Source: Eledone cirrhosa
Taxonomy: Eukaryota
Assembly (NCBI GenBank): GCA_964016885.1
Contig: OZ024744.1
Location: 3,968,001-4,032,000 of the forward strand
DNA length: 64,000 bases
Direction of reading: 5' to 3'
Positions 61,701-64,000 of the stretch are shown here, piece by piece. Below the pieces are notes generated by a model. That model made no database searches, was not told the DNA's origin, and was given only the letters and a program-made list of their open reading frames with translations. The translations under genes and the position numbers were made by a program. Positions within the stretch are counted from its first letter, which is position 1. The number at the start of each line of letters is the position of its first letter.

Positions 61701-64000
61701 TGGTGAAGAACGACGTTTTGTGGGATGACAAGGTAGAGAAAGATGACTTGGTGAAGAACGAAGTTTTGGGGGAAGACAAGGTAGATAAAGATAGCTTGGT
61801 GAAGAACGAAGTTTTGGGGGAAGACAAGGTAGAGAAAGATAGCTTGGTGAAGAACGACGTTTTGAGGGAAGACAAGGTAGAGAAAGATAGCTTGGTGAAG
61901 AACGAAGTTTTGGGGAAGACAATGTAGAGAAAGATAGCTTGGTGAAGAACGAAGTTTTGGGGGAAGACAAGGTAGAGAAAGATAGCTTGGTGAAGAACGA
62001 AGTTCTGAGGGAAGACAAGGTAGAGAAAGATAGCTTGGTGAAGAACGACGTTTTGTGGGAAGACAAGGTAGAGAAAGATATCTTGGTGAAGAACGAAGTT
62101 TTGACGGAAGACAAGGTAGAGAAAGATAGCTTGCGAAGAACGAAGTTTTGGGGGAAGACAAGGTAGAGAAAGATAGCTTGGTGAAGAACGAAGTTTTGGG
62201 AGGAGACAAGGTAGAGAAAGATATCTTGGTGAAGAACGAAGTTTTGACGGAAGACAAGGTAGTGAAAGATAGCTTGGTGAAGAATGACGTTTTGTGGGAA
62301 GACAAGGTAGAGAAAGATAGCTTGGTGAAGAACGAAGTTTTGTGTGAAGACAATCTAGAGAAAGATAGCTTGGTGAAGAACGAAGTTTTGAGGGAAGACA
62401 AGGTAGAGAAAGATAGCTTGGTGAATAACGAAGTTTTGGGAGAAGACAAGGTAGAGAAAGATAGCTTGGTGAAGAACGAAGTTTTGGGGGAAGACAAGGT
62501 AGAGAAAGATAGCTTGGTGAAGAACGAAGTTTTGAGGGAAGACAAGGTAGCGAAATATAGCTTGGTGAATAACGAAGTTTTGGGGGAAGACAAGGTAGAG
62601 AAAGATAGCTTGGTGAATAACGAAGTTTTGGGAGAAGACAAGGTCGAGAAAGATAGCTTGGTGAAGAACGAAATTTTGAGGCAAGACAAGGTAGAGAAAG
62701 ATAGCTTGGTGAAGAACGACGTTTTGAGGGAAGACAAAATAGAGAAAGATAGCTTGGTGAAGAACGACGTTTTGTGGGATGACAAGGTAGAGAAAGATGA
62801 CTTGGTGAAGAACGAAGTTTTGGGGGAAGACAAGGTAGATAAAGATAGCTTGGTGAAGAACGAAGTTTTGGGGGAAGACAAGGTAGAGAAAGATAGCTTG
62901 GTGAAGAACGACGTTTTGAGGGAAGACAAGGTAGAGAAAGATAGCTTGGTGAAGAACGAAGTTTTGGGGAAGACAATGTAGAGGAAGATAGCTTGGTGAA
63001 GAACGAAGTTTTGGGGGAAGACAAGGTAGAGAAAGATAGCTTGGTGAAGAACGAAGTTCTGAGGGAAGACAAGGTAGAGAAAGATAGCTTGGTGAAGAAC
63101 GACGTTTTGTGGGAAGACAAGGTAGAGAAAGATATCTTGGTGAAGAACGAAGTTTTGACGGAAGACAAGGTAGAGAAAGATAGCTTGCGAAGAACGAAGT
63201 TTTGGGGGAAGACAAGGTAGAGAAAGATAGCTTGGTGAAGAACGAAGTTTTGTGGGAGGACAAGGTAGAGAAAGATAGCTTGGTGAAGAACGACGTTTTG
63301 AGGGAAGACAAGGTAGAGAAAGATAGCTTGGTGAAGAACGAAGTTTTGAAGGAAGACAAGGTAGAGAAAGATAGCTTGGTGAAGAATGACGTTTTGTGGG
63401 AAGACAAGGTAGAGAAAGATAGCTTGGTGAAGAACGAAGTTTTGAGGGAAGACAAGGTAGAGAAAGATAGCTTGGTGAATAACGAAGTTTTGGGGGAAGA
63501 CAAGGTCGAAAAAGATAGCTTGGTGAAGAACGAAGTTTTGAGGGAAGACAAGGTAGAGAAAGATAGCTTGGTGAAGAACGAAGTTTTGGGGGAAGACAAG
63601 GTAGAGAAAGATAGCTTGGTGAAGAACGAAGTTTTGAGGGAAGACAAGGTAGAGAAAGATAGCTTGGTGAAGAACGACGTTTTGTGGGAAGACAAGGTAG
63701 AGAAAGATAGCTTGGTGAAGAACGAAGTTTTGGGGGAAGACAAGGTAGAGAAAGATAGCTTGGTGAAGAACGAAGTTTTGAGGGAAGACAAAGTAGAGAA
63801 AGATAGCTTGGTGAAGAACGAAGTTTTGTGGGAGGACAAGGTAGAGAAAGATAGCTTGGTGAAGAACGAAGTTTTGGGGGAAGACAAGGTAGAGAAAGAT
63901 AGCTTGGTGAAGAACGAAGTTTTGGGGGAAGACGAGGTAGAGAAAGATAGCTTGGTGAACAACGAAGTTTTGGGGGAAGACAAGGTAGAGAAAGATAGCT
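55727..64000. repeat. 5,461-bp-period (114-monomer) duplication, ~55727-58539 repeated at ~61188-64000, with nested 1,054-, 1,293- and 1,485-bp periods
   Basis: Offsets of 5461 at 56478/61939, 56687/62148 and 57532/62993 (114x48-11, and 11 single-base deletions lie between them). Nested offsets: 56478/57532 (1054), 58633/59926 (1293), 57741/59226 (1485). Confidence 0.88.

Larger units (their letters stand above)
1..64000. repeat. 48-bp tandem satellite/minisatellite array, ~1,335 head-to-tail monomers, open at both window ends
   Basis: Seen directly: the consensus GAAGACAAGGTAGAGAAAGATAGCTTGGTGAAGAACGAAGTTTTGGGG recurs every 48 bp (47 bp in deletion variants), e.g. GAAGAC at 11, 59, 107 ... 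63976. Most monomers differ from consensus at 0-4 positions. No non-repeat interruption or strand switch was seen. Confidence 0.99.
5..64000 (+). other. Fragmented repeat-derived reading frame (EDKVEKDSLVKNEVLG)n; not supported as a gene, possibly a relic of a coding repeat
   Basis: One + frame of the monomer has no stop, but it is broken by 65 length-variant monomers and by in-frame stops (14 copies of GTG TAG AAA; TAA at 3367, 7971 and 35182; TAG at 51081). Annotated starts are TTG codons of the repeat itself. The longest piece is 22483-25254 (923 aa). Confidence 0.25.

Noticed and set aside
5-63220. The many + strand ORFs as separate genes or an operon
   Set aside because: Their boundaries are set by recurrent deletion and stop monomers. 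Their starts are simply the next TTG, with no unique termini or intergenic signals.
3808-63983. Very long minus-strand ORFs (up to 2,522 aa) as real genes
   Set aside because: They overlap in all three frames, switch peptide at every 1-bp deletion, start at repeat-internal TTG codons and have no unique domain. They follow from the absence of TTA/CTA/TCA on the + strand.
1-64000. CRISPR array or other repeat-spacer system
   Set aside because: There are no unique spacers. The variable part is a few bases drawn from a small recurring set, and no cas or other genes are present.
5-64000. A single giant gene broken only by sequencing errors, or rescued by programmed frameshifting
   Set aside because: 58 of the 65 indels are linked to diagnostic substitutions and recur in duplicated context, and in-frame stops also recur. 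Dozens of successive recoding events would be required, and no dedicated stimulatory signal is visible.
1-64000. Canonical G-quadruplex array
   Set aside because: There is only one G-run of 3 or more per 48 bp, so loops would be ~43 nt. That run is also the most frequently disrupted site.
1-64000. Nucleosome phasing from 3x48=144 bp or 4x48=192 bp
   Set aside because: The lengths are only a numerical coincidence. I see no trimer or tetramer periodicity of variants and no clear 10-bp AA/TT phasing. It would need MNase data.
1-64000. Diversity-generating retroelement or antigenic-variation cassette array
   Set aside because: There is no reverse transcriptase, recombinase or template/variable pair. 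Variation is not adenine-specific and is inherited in blocks.

Overview
The whole 64-kb window is one uninterrupted head-to-tail tandem array of a 48-bp monomer, and it runs off both ends. The consensus is GAAGACAAGGTAGAGAAAGATAGCTTGGTGAAGAACGAAGTTTTGGGG (75% purine on the + strand, 44% GC). By hand count there are 1,334 monomers between positions 11 and 63,976. They include 63 single-base-deletion monomers, one +1 monomer and one -5 monomer, and that tally closes the phase arithmetic exactly (63,965+67=1,334x48). I found no unique sequence, inversion, transposon, RNA gene, CRISPR spacer or recognisable protein domain. All listed ORFs arise because the monomer is 16 codons long and stop-free in one + frame (EDKVEKDSLVKNEVLG) and in all three - frames. 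Frameshift and stop variants have been co-amplified, which argues against current coding of one giant protein. The real structure is hierarchical: an 18-bp internal register, ordered strings of variant monomers, a ~61-monomer (~2.93 kb) higher-order repeat, recent 1-5.5 kb duplications, and a layered layout in which the two flanks share variants absent from the centre. The best reading is a satellite DNA array, probably eukaryotic and possibly derived from a coding repeat. I cannot assign organism, family name or function, and the sequence gives no direct evidence of a novel enzymatic system.
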